Assembly (NCBI GenBank): GCA_963772455.1
Contig: CAVYXJ010000007.1
Span: 160,001 to 224,000, forward strand
Direction: 5' to 3'
Source: Candidatus Bathyarchaeota archaeon
Lineage (GTDB): Archaea > Thermoproteota > Bathyarchaeia > Bathyarchaeales > Bathycorpusculaceae
DNA: 64,000 nucleotides
Shown in pieces: positions 10,613-20,681 of this stretch. The first letter of the stretch is position 1; every line of letters starts with the position of its first letter. The notes beneath the pieces are model-generated. The model saw only the letters and a list, made by a program, of their open reading frames with translations. It was not told the origin of the DNA and did not search any database. Made by a program: the position numbers and the translations under genes.

Positions 10613-11152
10613 TTAGACGATTTCGACTCCCAAGGTTTGTTTTATGAATACGATTGATTCTTCAGGTGTTAACAGATGTTTTGGACCGACCGACTGCTTT
10701 TGTTTCCTACGAATTTTCACTCTTTGTCCAGGGCGATTAACAGATACACAGACATCCATTCCGAAAATCCCTATTTCAGGATCATATTTTACACCTGGAA
10801 TTTCAATGTGTTCTTTTAGACCGAATGAAAAGTTGCCTCTTATATCGAAGGATTTCTTTGAAACTTTGTTATCGACTACAGGCAATATTTTCTTTAGGAA
10901 ATCAACTGCTTTTTGCTTTCGCAAAGTTACAACTACAGCAATTGATTCACCCTCGCGAATACCAAAATCTCTGATGGTTTTCTTAGCCTTTCTCTTTACC
11001 GGTGTTTGACCTGTAATTTCTTTAAGGACCGAGTTGGCTTTTTCAAGTGGTTCGCCTGATTTTCCAACGTTTAAGTTTACAACGACTTTATCAATTCTAG
11101 GTCGTAGCATTGGATGCTGTTCCCAATTTTTAATTAGTGCTTCTTCAGACAA
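10613..11152 (-). CDS. rpl5: 50S ribosomal protein uL5
   Basis: KVVVNLNVG, TIRDFGIR, YDPEIGIFGMD. Confidence 0.98.
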   Translation of the reverse strand: MSEEALIKNWEQHPMLRPRIDKVVVNLNVGKSGEPLEKANSVLKEITGQTPVKRKAKKTIRDFGIREGESIAVVVTLRKQKAVDFLKKILPVVDNKVSKKSFDIRGNFSFGLKEHIEIPGVKYDPEIGIFGMDVCVSVNRPGQRVKIRRKQKQSVGPKHLLTPEESIVFIKQTLGVEIV

Positions 11153-11909
11153 CTACAGGTGCCTCCAGTGATGTTATGAGTGGTTCTGTTTCGCCTATTG
11201 AAAATATGAAGTCCATGATTGTTTGATATCGTGCACCTTCGGAGTCTTCGATGAGTACAAGAGCTTGGCGACGTTTTTTTGCAACTGTTTTTTCGATTTC
11301 AACTATTTTGCCTTGTTTGCCAATGTTCTTTCCGCCTGTAATTATTGCCAAGTTTCCTTCTTTAGTTTTAAGGGTTTGAACTACCTGTTTATCTGGATAG
11401 GTTATTTTTATGATATCAAATGTTTCGTATGTAACTTCTACAGGATTTTTTGGGTCCGCAACTTTTATCAAAATATTTGTGCCGTCGTGTAGTGCGATTT
11501 GTACTCCGTTATGAACAGTGGACTTGTCTTCAACTCTTGCCAATTTAATATTGGATTGTTCTTTGCTTATTGGAGTCAGAACTAAACCCTTGTGTGATGG
11601 CATCACACGGAAGTATTTGTCCATGTCAGGTATTGAGATAATATCCATTAACCCGACTGGAGAATCATCTTTTTTCGCTAACTTACCGTTAACTAGAACT
11701 TTGCCTTGAGCGAGTATGAATTGACCTTCTTTTCTTGTCTGTGCAACACCGAGAATGTCCCTTAGAACTAACGTTAAAGGTAGACACTCTTCAAGTGAAT
11801 GTGAACCTGACGAGGGTTTTGCTACCCACGGTAATTCTTTTCTGTGAATTGGCCAGAATGCTGGAGCTGGCTTACGTTTCAGCCTTGCGGTTTTTCCTTT
11901 TTTACCCAT
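11145..11909 (-). CDS. rps4e: 30S ribosomal protein eS4
   Basis: LKRKPAPAFWPI, PVGLMD, ITGGKNIG. Confidence 0.97.
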   Translation of the reverse strand: MGKKGKTARLKRKPAPAFWPIHRKELPWVAKPSSGSHSLEECLPLTLVLRDILGVAQTRKEGQFILAQGKVLVNGKLAKKDDSPVGLMDIISIPDMDKYFRVMPSHKGLVLTPISKEQSNIKLARVEDKSTVHNGVQIALHDGTNILIKVADPKNPVEVTYETFDIIKITYPDKQVVQTLKTKEGNLAIITGGKNIGKQGKIVEIEKTVAKKRRQALVLIEDSEGARYQTIMDFIFSIGETEPLITSLEAPVVV

Positions 11910-11910
11910 T

Positions 11911-12603
11911 TTATTGTTCTCCTTTGGTTTTTTCTGAGGTTTTTGATTTAGCTCGCTGTTTAGGCGTAGCTTCTTTTTCCTCAGTCTTATTTGCTGCTAG
12001 TTCTTTCTTTGCAGCTGCCTTTGGTTTAGCTTCTTTTTTAATAGCAGATTTCTTAAGTTCCAGTGGTTCTTCGGCTGCCACATCAATTGATTGTTTTTCT
12101 GGAACTTTAGACGCCACTTTTTCTTTAACTGATATTACTTTTACAGGTTTTTCTTCTTTGACTTCTTCAACCTTTACTTGAGCTTTTTCTGCTTTCTTTG
12201 TTAGCTTAGCTTTTGGTTTTGCAGGTTGTGCAGTTGCCTTCTTTCTTTCAAGGATGTTTTTTCGCCATTTATCGTCAAGGTTGAGGCTTCGTATCTCAAC
12301 TTTTGATGGATGAATTGGAAGGAAAATGTTTGTTCCATCAACTTTTTCGCGTGTTAACCCTTCAATATAAATGCGGTATGCTTTTAAGTCAACTCGTGAA
12401 ATTTTGCCTTCGAATCCTTTGTTGTCTCCCCGTTTGATGAGAATAGTATCGCCCTTTCTCACTGGAAGAGTTTTTGCGCCTTTTGAAGCAGTTAACTCAT
12501 GCGATAGTGGTGCTGACATAAGTTTGTGGCGTATGTGAGCCGGAGCGTTAAACATTCTTTTTCTTTGTTTCTTAGGGTTCTTTACTCGTTTTGTATCTTG
12601 CAT
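11911..12603 (-). CDS. rpl24: 50S ribosomal protein uL24 with long K/E/A-rich C-terminal extension
   Basis: KQRKRMFNAPAH, PVRKGD, PIHPSKV. Confidence 0.96.
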   Translation of the reverse strand: MQDTKRVKNPKKQRKRMFNAPAHIRHKLMSAPLSHELTASKGAKTLPVRKGDTILIKRGDNKGFEGKISRVDLKAYRIYIEGLTREKVDGTNIFLPIHPSKVEIRSLNLDDKWRKNILERKKATAQPAKPKAKLTKKAEKAQVKVEEVKEEKPVKVISVKEKVASKVPEKQSIDVAAEEPLELKKSAIKKEAKPKAAAKKELAANKTEEKEATPKQRAKSKTSEKTKGEQ

Positions 12604-12613
12604 TATTGTACAC

Positions 12614-13057
12614 CTAAACTATTATACTGGAGGCACTTGCGATTCTTGGCCATCTCTCGGCTGCCTCTCTTGCTACTGGACCTCGAATTTCTGAACCCTT
12701 CATCTCGCCGTCTGGAGTGATGATTACTGCGGCGTTATCTTCAAATTGAACCCAAACACCGTCAACCCGTCTGAAGGTTTTCCTTTGTCGTACGATTACT
12801 GCTTGGAAAATCTTCTTGCGCATATCGGGTGATCCTTGACGTACTGATACTGTAACTTTGTCTCCGACGGTTGCGGATGGGTATCTTCTTAGTCTTCCTT
12901 TGTATCCCATGGCTTGGATTAAGCGTAATACTCGTGCACCTGTGTTATCAGTGCATCTGAGTTCTGAACCTGCTAATAGTCCTCGGCTGATTTTTTGACC
13001 GTGTGAAGCCATACCTTTTGATGTTAGAGCTCTCTGCTTTGCCTTAGCTGCACACAT
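12614..13057 (-). CDS. rpl14: 50S ribosomal protein uL14
   Basis: DNTGA, FEDNAAVI, GPVAREAAERWPRIAS. Confidence 0.98.
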   Translation of the reverse strand: MCAAKAKQRALTSKGMASHGQKISRGLLAGSELRCTDNTGARVLRLIQAMGYKGRLRRYPSATVGDKVTVSVRQGSPDMRKKIFQAVIVRQRKTFRRVDGVWVQFEDNAAVIITPDGEMKGSEIRGPVAREAAERWPRIASASSIIV

Positions 13058-13058
13058 A

Positions 13059-13379
13059 TTATCTTTCCTCTCCTAGTTTTTCTACTACAACAAATGATAC
13101 TGTTTTGCTGACTGGGCGACATTCTGCGATTTTTACGCGGTCGCCTTCCTTAACGTCAATACATGGTGGATTATGTGACGGGATGTGCCCATGTCGTCTT
13201 TCGTAACGTACGAATTTTGATGAGAATTGAAGGAATTCTCTGTCCACAATAACTGTTTTATCCATTTTTGATGTATGAACGACGCCTTCTAGTACACGTC
13301 CTCGAACTGCTAGTTCGCCGTGGAATGGGCAATTTCGATCGTTACATGTCTTTTTTGGTTTCTTGAAAGTCATTGACAT
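13059..13379 (-). CDS. rps17: 30S ribosomal protein uS17
   Basis: CPFHG, KMDKTV, AECRPVSKT. Confidence 0.98.
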   Translation of the reverse strand: MSMTFKKPKKTCNDRNCPFHGELAVRGRVLEGVVHTSKMDKTVIVDREFLQFSSKFVRYERRHGHIPSHNPPCIDVKEGDRVKIAECRPVSKTVSFVVVEKLGEER

Positions 13380-13380
13380 A

Positions 13381-13662
13381 TTACCATAACCTCTTTACAC
13401 TTTTCTTTAACCTGTCTTCAGATCTACCGACCAATAGTTTACCGTCAATGTTTACTGTTGTGCCATCGTTAAACTCGAAGTCAAAAGATGCTAAGTCTTT
13501 TATAACGCTTTTAGGTTGACCTTGATGAATTAGAGTTAATGTGTTTTTTGATTCTGCGATTACTGGACCAGCTAATCCAAGATAACCGATATGAGTGCTC
13601 TGAGCGATTCTCGCATGTGTGCCAATAAACTCATAACGGATAATATCTGGGGTTATTTTCAT
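13381..13662 (-). CDS. rnp1: RNase P protein component 1 (Rpp29/POP4)
   Basis: EFIG...G.VIAESKNTL...IDGKLLVGRSEDRLK; conserved position. Confidence 0.93.
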   Translation of the reverse strand: MKITPDIIRYEFIGTHARIAQSTHIGYLGLAGPVIAESKNTLTLIHQGQPKSVIKDLASFDFEFNDGTTVNIDGKLLVGRSEDRLKKSVKRLW

Positions 13663-13949
13663 TTTGAAACATTCTCCTTGGCTTGTTTTTTAGCTTTGGC
13701 TGGTTTTGCAGCTTTCTTTTCTATTTTTTCTTTTTTCTCTTCAGCGGGTTGATTAATACCCAGTTTCTTTTCGTTTTGTATTGTTAATATTTGAGCTATA
13801 GTTCTACGCAAATTTCTAATTCTTGTCGGGTTTTCTACGGCGCCGCCTGCGTTAACCATAGTTCTGATACGTGCTAATTCAATACGTAAATCAGCAAGCT
13901 TGCTTGCTCTATCTTCAACAGATAGTGCAGTGATTTCTTTTACACGCAT
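13659..13949 (-). CDS. rpl29: 50S ribosomal protein uL29 with basic tail
   Basis: ENPTRIRNLRRTIAQILT. Confidence 0.96.
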   Translation of the reverse strand: MRVKEITALSVEDRASKLADLRIELARIRTMVNAGGAVENPTRIRNLRRTIAQILTIQNEKKLGINQPAEEKKEKIEKKAAKPAKAKKQAKENVSK

Positions 13950-14716
13950 TATTCTTTCGTCTCCTCAGGTTTTGATTCTGCAACAGGCTTTGGTTCGTCA
14001 GCTACTTCTTTTGCTTGCACTTCTGGTTCTGGTTCGGGTTCTGCTTCAGGTTTGGGTAAAACCGGTGCTGGCGTTTGGGGAGCTTGGGGTGGTGGAGATA
14101 CTACTTGTTCTTCTTCTGGTGCTGGTTCCATAATTGTTACTTTGTCAGGGAAATATGCGTCTGGAGGCATGATTTTTACACGTACGCCGATAATACCTGG
14201 TTTAAGTTGGATATGGGCGTCGGCTGTTTTCATGGCTCGTAATGCTGGTTCGCCAACAATTGGAAAGTGACCTGCTTTGAATTTTTCAAAACGTGCTCTC
14301 TCAGTTGTAAGTTTGCCGCTGATAACTATTTCTGCACCAAGGGCGCCTGCTTCCATAACTTGGTTTAGTGCCCAAAAACCTGCTCTTCTAAAGTGAACTC
14401 CCCTCTCGAGAGCTGATGCAACGCGGTTTGCGACTACATGAGCGTTAAATTCAGGAACTTCGATTTCTGAAACACTTATTTGAGGATTGGAAACTTTGAA
14501 GTTTTGTTCTAAGGCTGAGGCAAGTTCTTTTATAGTTTCTCCTCCTCTGCCGATAACTAAGCCTGGACGCATTGCATAGATAACTACGTGGGTGCCTAGT
14601 GGTGTTTTGGATAGGTTTACTCCACCGTATCCTGCACGTTCAAGCTTCTTTTGTAAAAACTCGTCTATTTCTGTTCTTTTAATTGATTCTGTGATAAAAC
14701 GTTTGACTATGCTCAT
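13949..14716 (-). CDS. rps3: 30S ribosomal protein uS3 with Pro/Glu-rich tail
   Basis: KH motif RPGLVIGRGG, GAEIVISGKL, GIIGVRVKI. Confidence 0.98.
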   Translation of the reverse strand: MSIVKRFITESIKRTEIDEFLQKKLERAGYGGVNLSKTPLGTHVVIYAMRPGLVIGRGGETIKELASALEQNFKVSNPQISVSEIEVPEFNAHVVANRVASALERGVHFRRAGFWALNQVMEAGALGAEIVISGKLTTERARFEKFKAGHFPIVGEPALRAMKTADAHIQLKPGIIGVRVKIMPPDAYFPDKVTIMEPAPEEEQVVSPPPQAPQTPAPVLPKPEAEPEPEPEVQAKEVADEPKPVAESKPEETKE

Positions 14717-15202
14717 TTATTGCTCTCCTTGAGTCTGTTTCTCTTCTAAGACAATTTCGACGTGTGTTGTTTTGTCGAATTTTGGTGAGGCTCTGCCGTG
14801 TGCTCTTGGCATGAAACGCTTAAGTTTTATGCCTTGGTATGCAGCTGCATGCATTATTCGAAGCCGATCTACATCTAAGCCTTTGTTTTCAGCGTTAGCT
14901 TGGGCTGCTTCTATAACGTGGAGGATTTGTTTTGCGCATTTAATTGGGAACCTGCCTACGCAGTGATGCTCTAATCCGCGTTTATGTCCTAGCTTTTTAG
15001 TGTACCTAGAATATGGAACAGCTTTTTTCTTAATCATTACATCGCGTAAAAAATCTTTGGATTGAACAAGATTCATGCCCTTAACAGCTCTACAGACTTC
15101 CCGTGCGGCTTTATGGGATACTTTTAGTTCTCTACCGCTGGCTTTCGCTGTTTTTTCTGGATTGAGCATTTCTTCAATTATTGAGTATCCCGATTTTGGC
15201 AT
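14717..15202 (-). CDS. rpl22: 50S ribosomal protein uL22
   Basis: SHKAAREVC, GRFPIK, NAENKGL, PRAHGRA; start taken at MPKSGY (ORF track begins 15223). Confidence 0.96.
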   Translation of the reverse strand: MPKSGYSIIEEMLNPEKTAKASGRELKVSHKAAREVCRAVKGMNLVQSKDFLRDVMIKKKAVPYSRYTKKLGHKRGLEHHCVGRFPIKCAKQILHVIEAAQANAENKGLDVDRLRIMHAAAYQGIKLKRFMPRAHGRASPKFDKTTHVEIVLEEKQTQGEQ

Positions 15203-15618
15203 TATAATTTCTCCAGTGCGCATTCAAACACGTAAAAGCAATTTATATGGCTTTCCGTATCACAACTAAGATTTTACTCTTAATAGACTAAGTGGGTGTT
15301 CCTGCGAAGGAACTATTCGAACGCGTGAGGTGTACAGTTTTGGGATTGCGTTTAAGCATTTATAGTTTACCCAAGAAACTCACAGAAAAAATAAATCAGC
15401 GAGATAGGTTCCTGCGTCTGCCGCTATCGACTTTGCCTTTTTCTGAAAATACATTTGGAACAAGTCGGACAAAAATTAGTGATTTTGTTGTTCACCCTAT
15501 ATGTTAAGCGATGCTTTATCGCTAAAATAACCAAATATTTAGTATTAAGTGCGATGTGTTTATTTTTCACGTTTAAGGTAGTCTATTTAGCTAAAAATCT
15601 AAAGGAGATTATCATTCG

Positions 15619-16683
15619 ATGGACAAAGCCGAGAAAATTACTATGTTACATGGCGCGGGCGGCTCAGTTATGCATGATCTGGTTAAGAACGTCATTGTAA
15701 AGTATTTTGGTGGTTTGAGTAATGAAGCTGAAGTTCCGTTGGAAGCCATGGATGACGCTGCAGTCATCGGCGACATAGTTTTCAAAAGCGACTCCCATGC
15801 TGTGAAACCCATCTTCTTTCCAGGAGGAGACATCGGGCGACTCTCGATTTCGGGAACAGTTAACGATATTTCATGTTTAGGTGCTGAGCCTTATGCATTA
15901 GCTTGTGGACTTATTTTAGAAGAGGGTTTGTTGCTGTCCGATTTAGAGAAAATTCTAGCCTCCATGCACCAGGCATGTGTTGAGGCTGGTGTGGGTATAG
16001 TAACGGGCGACACAAAAGTGGTGGAGAGGGGCAGTTTAGGTGGTTGCGTTATGAACGTTTCAGGTATTGGCAGAAGAACCCCAGCCCTAGAAAGCAATCT
16101 TGCTGTTTCCAGGAAATATCGAGAACTTAAAGCTCGCTGGGCACTTGACTCCAATCTTGCGGTTGGTGACAAAATCATATTATCAGGCACGATAGGCGAT
16201 CATGGCTTGGCGGTTCTTTCTGCTCAGCAGGGCTTAAAGTTTGGCAGTCAAATTCTCTCCGACGTAAAGCCGCTTAACCGAATGATTCAAAACATGCTGG
16301 GTAAGGTTGGCGGTGTTGTAGCTATGAAGGACCCTACTCGGGGAGGATTAGCAGATGCACTCAACGAGTGGACAGAAAAATCCAAAGTCGGCATACTGAT
16401 TCAAGAAGATAAAGTGCCCATCCACCAAGACGTGCAGACAGCTTGCGAAATGCTCGGTTTAGATCCGCTCGAAATTGGCAATGAAGGCAAAATCATAATT
16501 GGCGCAGTTCCAGAGAAAGCAGAGGAAATCCTTCATTTTCTAAAGCAAACATCTGAAGGTAAAGAGGCCCAAATAATTGGGGAAGCCACCATGCAATTCA
16601 AGGGTGTAGCTATGCAGACATTGGTGGGGGGCAAAAGAATAATTGCAAAGCCAGTAGGCGACCCCGTACCAAGAATCTGCTAA
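15619..16683 (+). CDS. hypE: Hydrogenase maturation protein HypE
   Basis: HGAGG, FPGGDIG, TGDTKVV, KDPTRGG, C-terminal PRIC. Confidence 0.97.
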   Translation: MDKAEKITMLHGAGGSVMHDLVKNVIVKYFGGLSNEAEVPLEAMDDAAVIGDIVFKSDSHAVKPIFFPGGDIGRLSISGTVNDISCLGAEPYALACGLILEEGLLLSDLEKILASMHQACVEAGVGIVTGDTKVVERGSLGGCVMNVSGIGRRTPALESNLAVSRKYRELKARWALDSNLAVGDKIILSGTIGDHGLAVLSAQQGLKFGSQILSDVKPLNRMIQNMLGKVGGVVAMKDPTRGGLADALNEWTEKSKVGILIQEDKVPIHQDVQTACEMLGLDPLEIGNEGKIIIGAVPEKAEEILHFLKQTSEGKEAQIIGEATMQFKGVAMQTLVGGKRIIAKPVGDPVPRIC

Positions 16684-17768
16684 CCTTGTGCGGCGACGTT
16701 TTTTGCCCAGACGCGGCAAGTGCCTTCGCTACTGACCATGCAGGCGCCCACGGGTTTGGCGGGTGTGCAGGTTTTGAGGAATAGTGGGCATTCTTTGGGT
16801 TTGATTTTTCCTATAATGACAAGGTGGCATTCGCATCCAAAGTTGATGTCTTTGCCTTCTTTAACGTGAACATTGAATTTTTCCCGGGCATCAAACTGGA
16901 CAAGCGACGTGCGCAATTGCAAAGCTGATTCGGGAAGTCTGCCGATACCTCGCCAGTTTCCAGCTGTAACTTTGAAGGCTTTTTCTATCATTTCAATGGC
17001 TTTTGGGTTGCCTTCGGGTTTTACTACACGTGAATACTCATTTTCCAGCTGAGCGTCATTTTCGCTGACCTGTTTTAGAAGCATGTAAATAGACATTAAC
17101 ACGTCGTTAGGTTCAAAACCAGCCACAACCGTGGGCATGAGGTATACACGGGTAAAGAGCTCGTAAGGTTTTAAGCCGATGATTGCGCTTACGTGTCCAG
17201 GCGCGATAAACCCATCGATATGAAGATCGCCCACACCAAGCAAAAGCTCCATTGCTGGGGGGATTAATCGGTGGGAAACTAGGAAGCTGAAGTTTTTGGG
17301 TAAGTCACCTAGAGCTTCAACTGCCGTAATGGGCGCAGTGGTTTCGAACCCTACAGCATGAAATACAAATTCTTTTTGGGGCTCGCTTCTAGCCATTTCA
17401 ACCGCGTCGGAAACCGCATACACGATTCTGACGTCGGCTCCAGATGCTTTGGCTTCCAAGAGCGAGGATTGGCTACCTGGCACGCGCAACAAATCGCCAA
17501 AACAAGTTAATACGACGCCCTTCTGGGCCAACTGCAAGGCTTCGTCGATTTCAGCCGCTGGAACAATACAAACTGGGCAACCTGGTCCTGCGATAACTTC
17601 AACATTTTCAGGTAACAAACTGCGCAGACCAAAGTGAGTTATTGTCCATTCGTGGGTTCCGCAAACATGGCAAAACTTTACCTGCCCCTTTTTGGGTGTA
17701 ACAATCTTGATTTTTTCAGCTATACTATGTGCCAATTCTGGGTTTCGGAACCTTAGGTTATCAACCAT
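16680..17768 (-). CDS. hypD: Hydrogenase maturation protein HypD
   Basis: CGTH, GPGCPVC, GFETT, PGHVS, GACMVSSEGTC. Confidence 0.97.
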   Translation of the reverse strand: MVDNLRFRNPELAHSIAEKIKIVTPKKGQVKFCHVCGTHEWTITHFGLRSLLPENVEVIAGPGCPVCIVPAAEIDEALQLAQKGVVLTCFGDLLRVPGSQSSLLEAKASGADVRIVYAVSDAVEMARSEPQKEFVFHAVGFETTAPITAVEALGDLPKNFSFLVSHRLIPPAMELLLGVGDLHIDGFIAPGHVSAIIGLKPYELFTRVYLMPTVVAGFEPNDVLMSIYMLLKQVSENDAQLENEYSRVVKPEGNPKAIEMIEKAFKVTAGNWRGIGRLPESALQLRTSLVQFDAREKFNVHVKEGKDINFGCECHLVIIGKIKPKECPLFLKTCTPAKPVGACMVSSEGTCRVWAKNVAAQG

Positions 17769-17789
17769 GCTTTTCCGCTCAACTGCCGT

Positions 17790-18014
17790 TTATTCTTCTC
17801 CAGCTGCTAAAACATCGTTCCAAAGGCTTAGAGTCTCTAATGCTTCTTTTTCTTCCAAAACCTGAATCGCATAACCTGCATGAACCAGTACATATTCGCC
17901 GACTTTAACATTTACAAGCGATACATTTACTTCTCTTGAAACACCTTGACCAAAGTCTACATAAGCTTTGGTCCCTTCAAGGCTCAGAATCTTTGCAGGA
18001 ATCGCTAAACACAT
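17790..18014 (-). CDS. hypC: Hydrogenase maturation chaperone HypC
   Basis: MCLAIP N-terminus, YVLVHAGYAI. Confidence 0.97.
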   Translation of the reverse strand: MCLAIPAKILSLEGTKAYVDFGQGVSREVNVSLVNVKVGEYVLVHAGYAIQVLEEKEALETLSLWNDVLAAGEE

Positions 18015-18064
18015 AATAATCAGTCAGAATAAAACGCGTTGAAGGACGATAAAAACAGATTGGT

Positions 18065-20347
18065 CTAGAATTTGGAAAATCCAGCAACGACTGCTTGACC
18101 AAAAGATACCCCTCCGTCGCCCGCTGGAACCGCTTCGTGTACAAAAAACCTCAGCCCCGCAGACTCAATTGAATCGCAAATGAGCTTAGCGAGAATTTGA
18201 TTGCATGCTGCTCCACCTGAAAAACCTATATTTTTGACGTTTTTCGTTTTTGCACCTTGAATTGCCAATGCCGCCAAGCCTTTAGCTAAATATGAATGAG
18301 CACTATAGGCTAAATCTGCAGCAGAAACCCTATCTAAATTGTCAAAAACTGCTTGCATCATGTAAGTTGTATCCAAAATATTTCCCTTAATCAGAGGCTG
18401 AATCTGCAACTTATCCTTGCCTTCCAGAGCTATTGACTCAAGTTTAATGGCAGGCTCACCCTCATAACTCCGCTCAAAACATATACCTAAAACTGCCGAA
18501 ACCGCATCCAGAACTCGCCCGCAACTCGTCGTTTCAATGGCATCCTTACCGACTTTAATCTGCTGCAAAATTATTTTAGCTTCAGTTACTCCATGAGGCA
18601 AATGATTACTTTTTTGAATTAACCAATCTTCAACATTTGCACCTGACTTTCGAAGTATCCCTGCTGCCAAACGCAAGGGGTACCGACTTGCCAAGTCGCC
18701 ACCTAACAACGGCTGAGATTCCAAATGCCCAAGGCGCGCAAATTCCTTTGATTCTATTGTGCAATGAATGATTTCACCGCCCCATGCTCCGCCGTCGCCG
18801 CCATAACCGTAGCCGTCACAAACAACTGCCATGATCTCATCCAAGCCATGCTCTGCCATTAAAGCAGCCGCATGGGCATGATGATGTTGCACCTGAACCA
18901 GCGGTGATCCATCCGCCTCAGCCATTTCCTGAGCCAAAACAGTAGTGGTGAATTTGGGGTGTAAATCACAAGCAACCATCTCCCCCTTACAATTAGTTAA
19001 ATGTTGAAGATGATTTGTAGCTTCTTGAAGAAACCCGCGGGTTTCAACGTTTTCGACATCCCCTATATGTTGGCTAATAAAGGCTTTATCATCAAGCAAA
19101 ACGGTGGAAGTGTTGTTTAGCTCACCACCTAACGCTACGACACAACGTTTCGATTTTCGTTTTAGTCTAATCGGTACTGGAGCGTAACCTCTGCTTCGCC
19201 TAAGGAACACGTGCCGGTCGCCGTGGACACGCATAACGGAGTCATCGCAGCGATTTGCAATTTTGCGGTTGTGAAACAAGAAATAATCCACTGTTTCCCC
19301 AAGTATTTTGAGGGCTTGCTCGTTGTCATTTATGATAGGTTGGTTTGGCGGGTTGGCGCTGGTCATTACAAACGCCTCGTCGACAACTTGGTCGAAAAGC
19401 ATGTAATGCAACCCTGTGTAAGGCAACATAACGCCGACGTTATGTAAATGTGGCGCAATTAATGGAGAAAGATTGTAATTTGGGCTTTTGGTCAGCAACA
19501 CAACTGGACGTGCAGGAGAAGTTAGCAGTTCTAGTTCCCTCGAGCCTAAAGCTCCAAATCTTTCTGCCACCTCGAAGCTTCTTGCCATGATGGCGAAGGG
19601 TTTCTCGCGTCGATGCTTCGTAACTCGGAGCCTAATAAGAGGTTGCTCAAGAATGGTAGACGCTGAAATGTGGAAGCCTCCGTACCCCTTCACTGCAAGA
19701 ATATTGCCTTCCGATAGCAGTTTCCCGGCCAATCGCACAGGGTCTTTAGTTTGGACTGGTTCACCCGTGTTTGTTGTCAGATACGCTTGGGGTCCGCATG
19801 TTGGGCACGCAACGGTTTGAGCATGGAATCGCCGATTCAATGGGTCCTCGTACTCTTTTTGGCAGAAACCACAAAGGGGAAACTCAGACATGGTGGTGTT
19901 TTCTCGGTCGTAGGGCAGTCGCTCGATGATAGTAAAACGTGGACCGCAGTCGGTGCAGGTAATAAAGAAGTACTCAAAACGGGGGTTTTTTGGGTCTCGC
20001 ATTTCTTTGAGGCATTGGTTGCAGATAGCTATGTCTGGCGGGATGATGGAGCCTGAGGATTCGGCTTCTTGGGAACTCTTGCAAATCATGAAGTTCCGGA
20101 ATTCGTTTTTTCCCGAAAGCTCAACGGATTTTATTTTTTCTATTTGAGCTAGCTGTGGCTTCTCTTCAGTTAAGTCCAAAATAAAACTTTGAATTTTTTT
20201 CGCTTCGCCCTCAAGCAGCACCTCAACCCCGGCGTCGCCCCTGTTCCGCACGTATCCTGCCAAGTCGTTACGCAATGCTATACGGTAAACGAACGGGCGA
20301 AAGCCGACGCCCTGAACAATCCCTGTAATATTAAGTTTCACACGCAA
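18065..20347 (-). CDS. hypF: Carbamoyltransferase HypF
   Basis: Acylphosphatase GIVQGVGFRPF, Zn fingers CTDCGPRF/CPTCGP, DLHP, QHHHAH, GDGGVSFGQ. Confidence 0.97.
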   Translation of the reverse strand: MRVKLNITGIVQGVGFRPFVYRIALRNDLAGYVRNRGDAGVEVLLEGEAKKIQSFILDLTEEKPQLAQIEKIKSVELSGKNEFRNFMICKSSQEAESSGSIIPPDIAICNQCLKEMRDPKNPRFEYFFITCTDCGPRFTIIERLPYDRENTTMSEFPLCGFCQKEYEDPLNRRFHAQTVACPTCGPQAYLTTNTGEPVQTKDPVRLAGKLLSEGNILAVKGYGGFHISASTILEQPLIRLRVTKHRREKPFAIMARSFEVAERFGALGSRELELLTSPARPVVLLTKSPNYNLSPLIAPHLHNVGVMLPYTGLHYMLFDQVVDEAFVMTSANPPNQPIINDNEQALKILGETVDYFLFHNRKIANRCDDSVMRVHGDRHVFLRRSRGYAPVPIRLKRKSKRCVVALGGELNNTSTVLLDDKAFISQHIGDVENVETRGFLQEATNHLQHLTNCKGEMVACDLHPKFTTTVLAQEMAEADGSPLVQVQHHHAHAAALMAEHGLDEIMAVVCDGYGYGGDGGAWGGEIIHCTIESKEFARLGHLESQPLLGGDLASRYPLRLAAGILRKSGANVEDWLIQKSNHLPHGVTEAKIILQQIKVGKDAIETTSCGRVLDAVSAVLGICFERSYEGEPAIKLESIALEGKDKLQIQPLIKGNILDTTYMMQAVFDNLDRVSAADLAYSAHSYLAKGLAALAIQGAKTKNVKNIGFSGGAACNQILAKLICDSIESAGLRFFVHEAVPAGDGGVSFGQAVVAGFSKF

Positions 20348-20447
20348 TCAGTGAGCCTTCGCTTAATTGTGAACAGAGGTTTTCTCTTATACATTTCTAA
20401 AAATAATTTGACAAAGCTTAAACCAAACAATTTCCGATTAAGATTGC

Positions 20448-20681
20448 ATGAAGTGGGTTACCTTTGCTGTCTCATTTCTTTTGACAGTTGCATTAGTTAT
20501 AGCAGGCGTCGCCCTTTATCCGGAAGTTTTAGGGAAAGCGGCAACTGCCAGCAACGATTTTGTTTTTGCGCTCTTTTTGGGTCCCTTCTTTGTTGTTTTG
20601 TTTTTTGCCTGGATGGGAGAAAAAGTAGTGCTTAGGCTTTGGAAGAAAAAAGAGTATGTTAGGAACTTTGAGTCGCCTTAA
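20448..20681 (+). CDS. Small two-TM membrane protein, unknown function
   Basis: Two hydrophobic segments plus basic tail; divergent from hypF. Confidence 0.6.
   Translation: MKWVTFAVSFLLTVALVIAGVALYPEVLGKAATASNDFVFALFLGPFFVVLFFAWMGEKVVLRLWKKKEYVRNFESP

Noticed and set aside
15292-15700. 71-aa and 81-aa plus-strand ORFs upstream of hypE
   Set aside because: No recognisable motifs; one overlaps hypE out of frame
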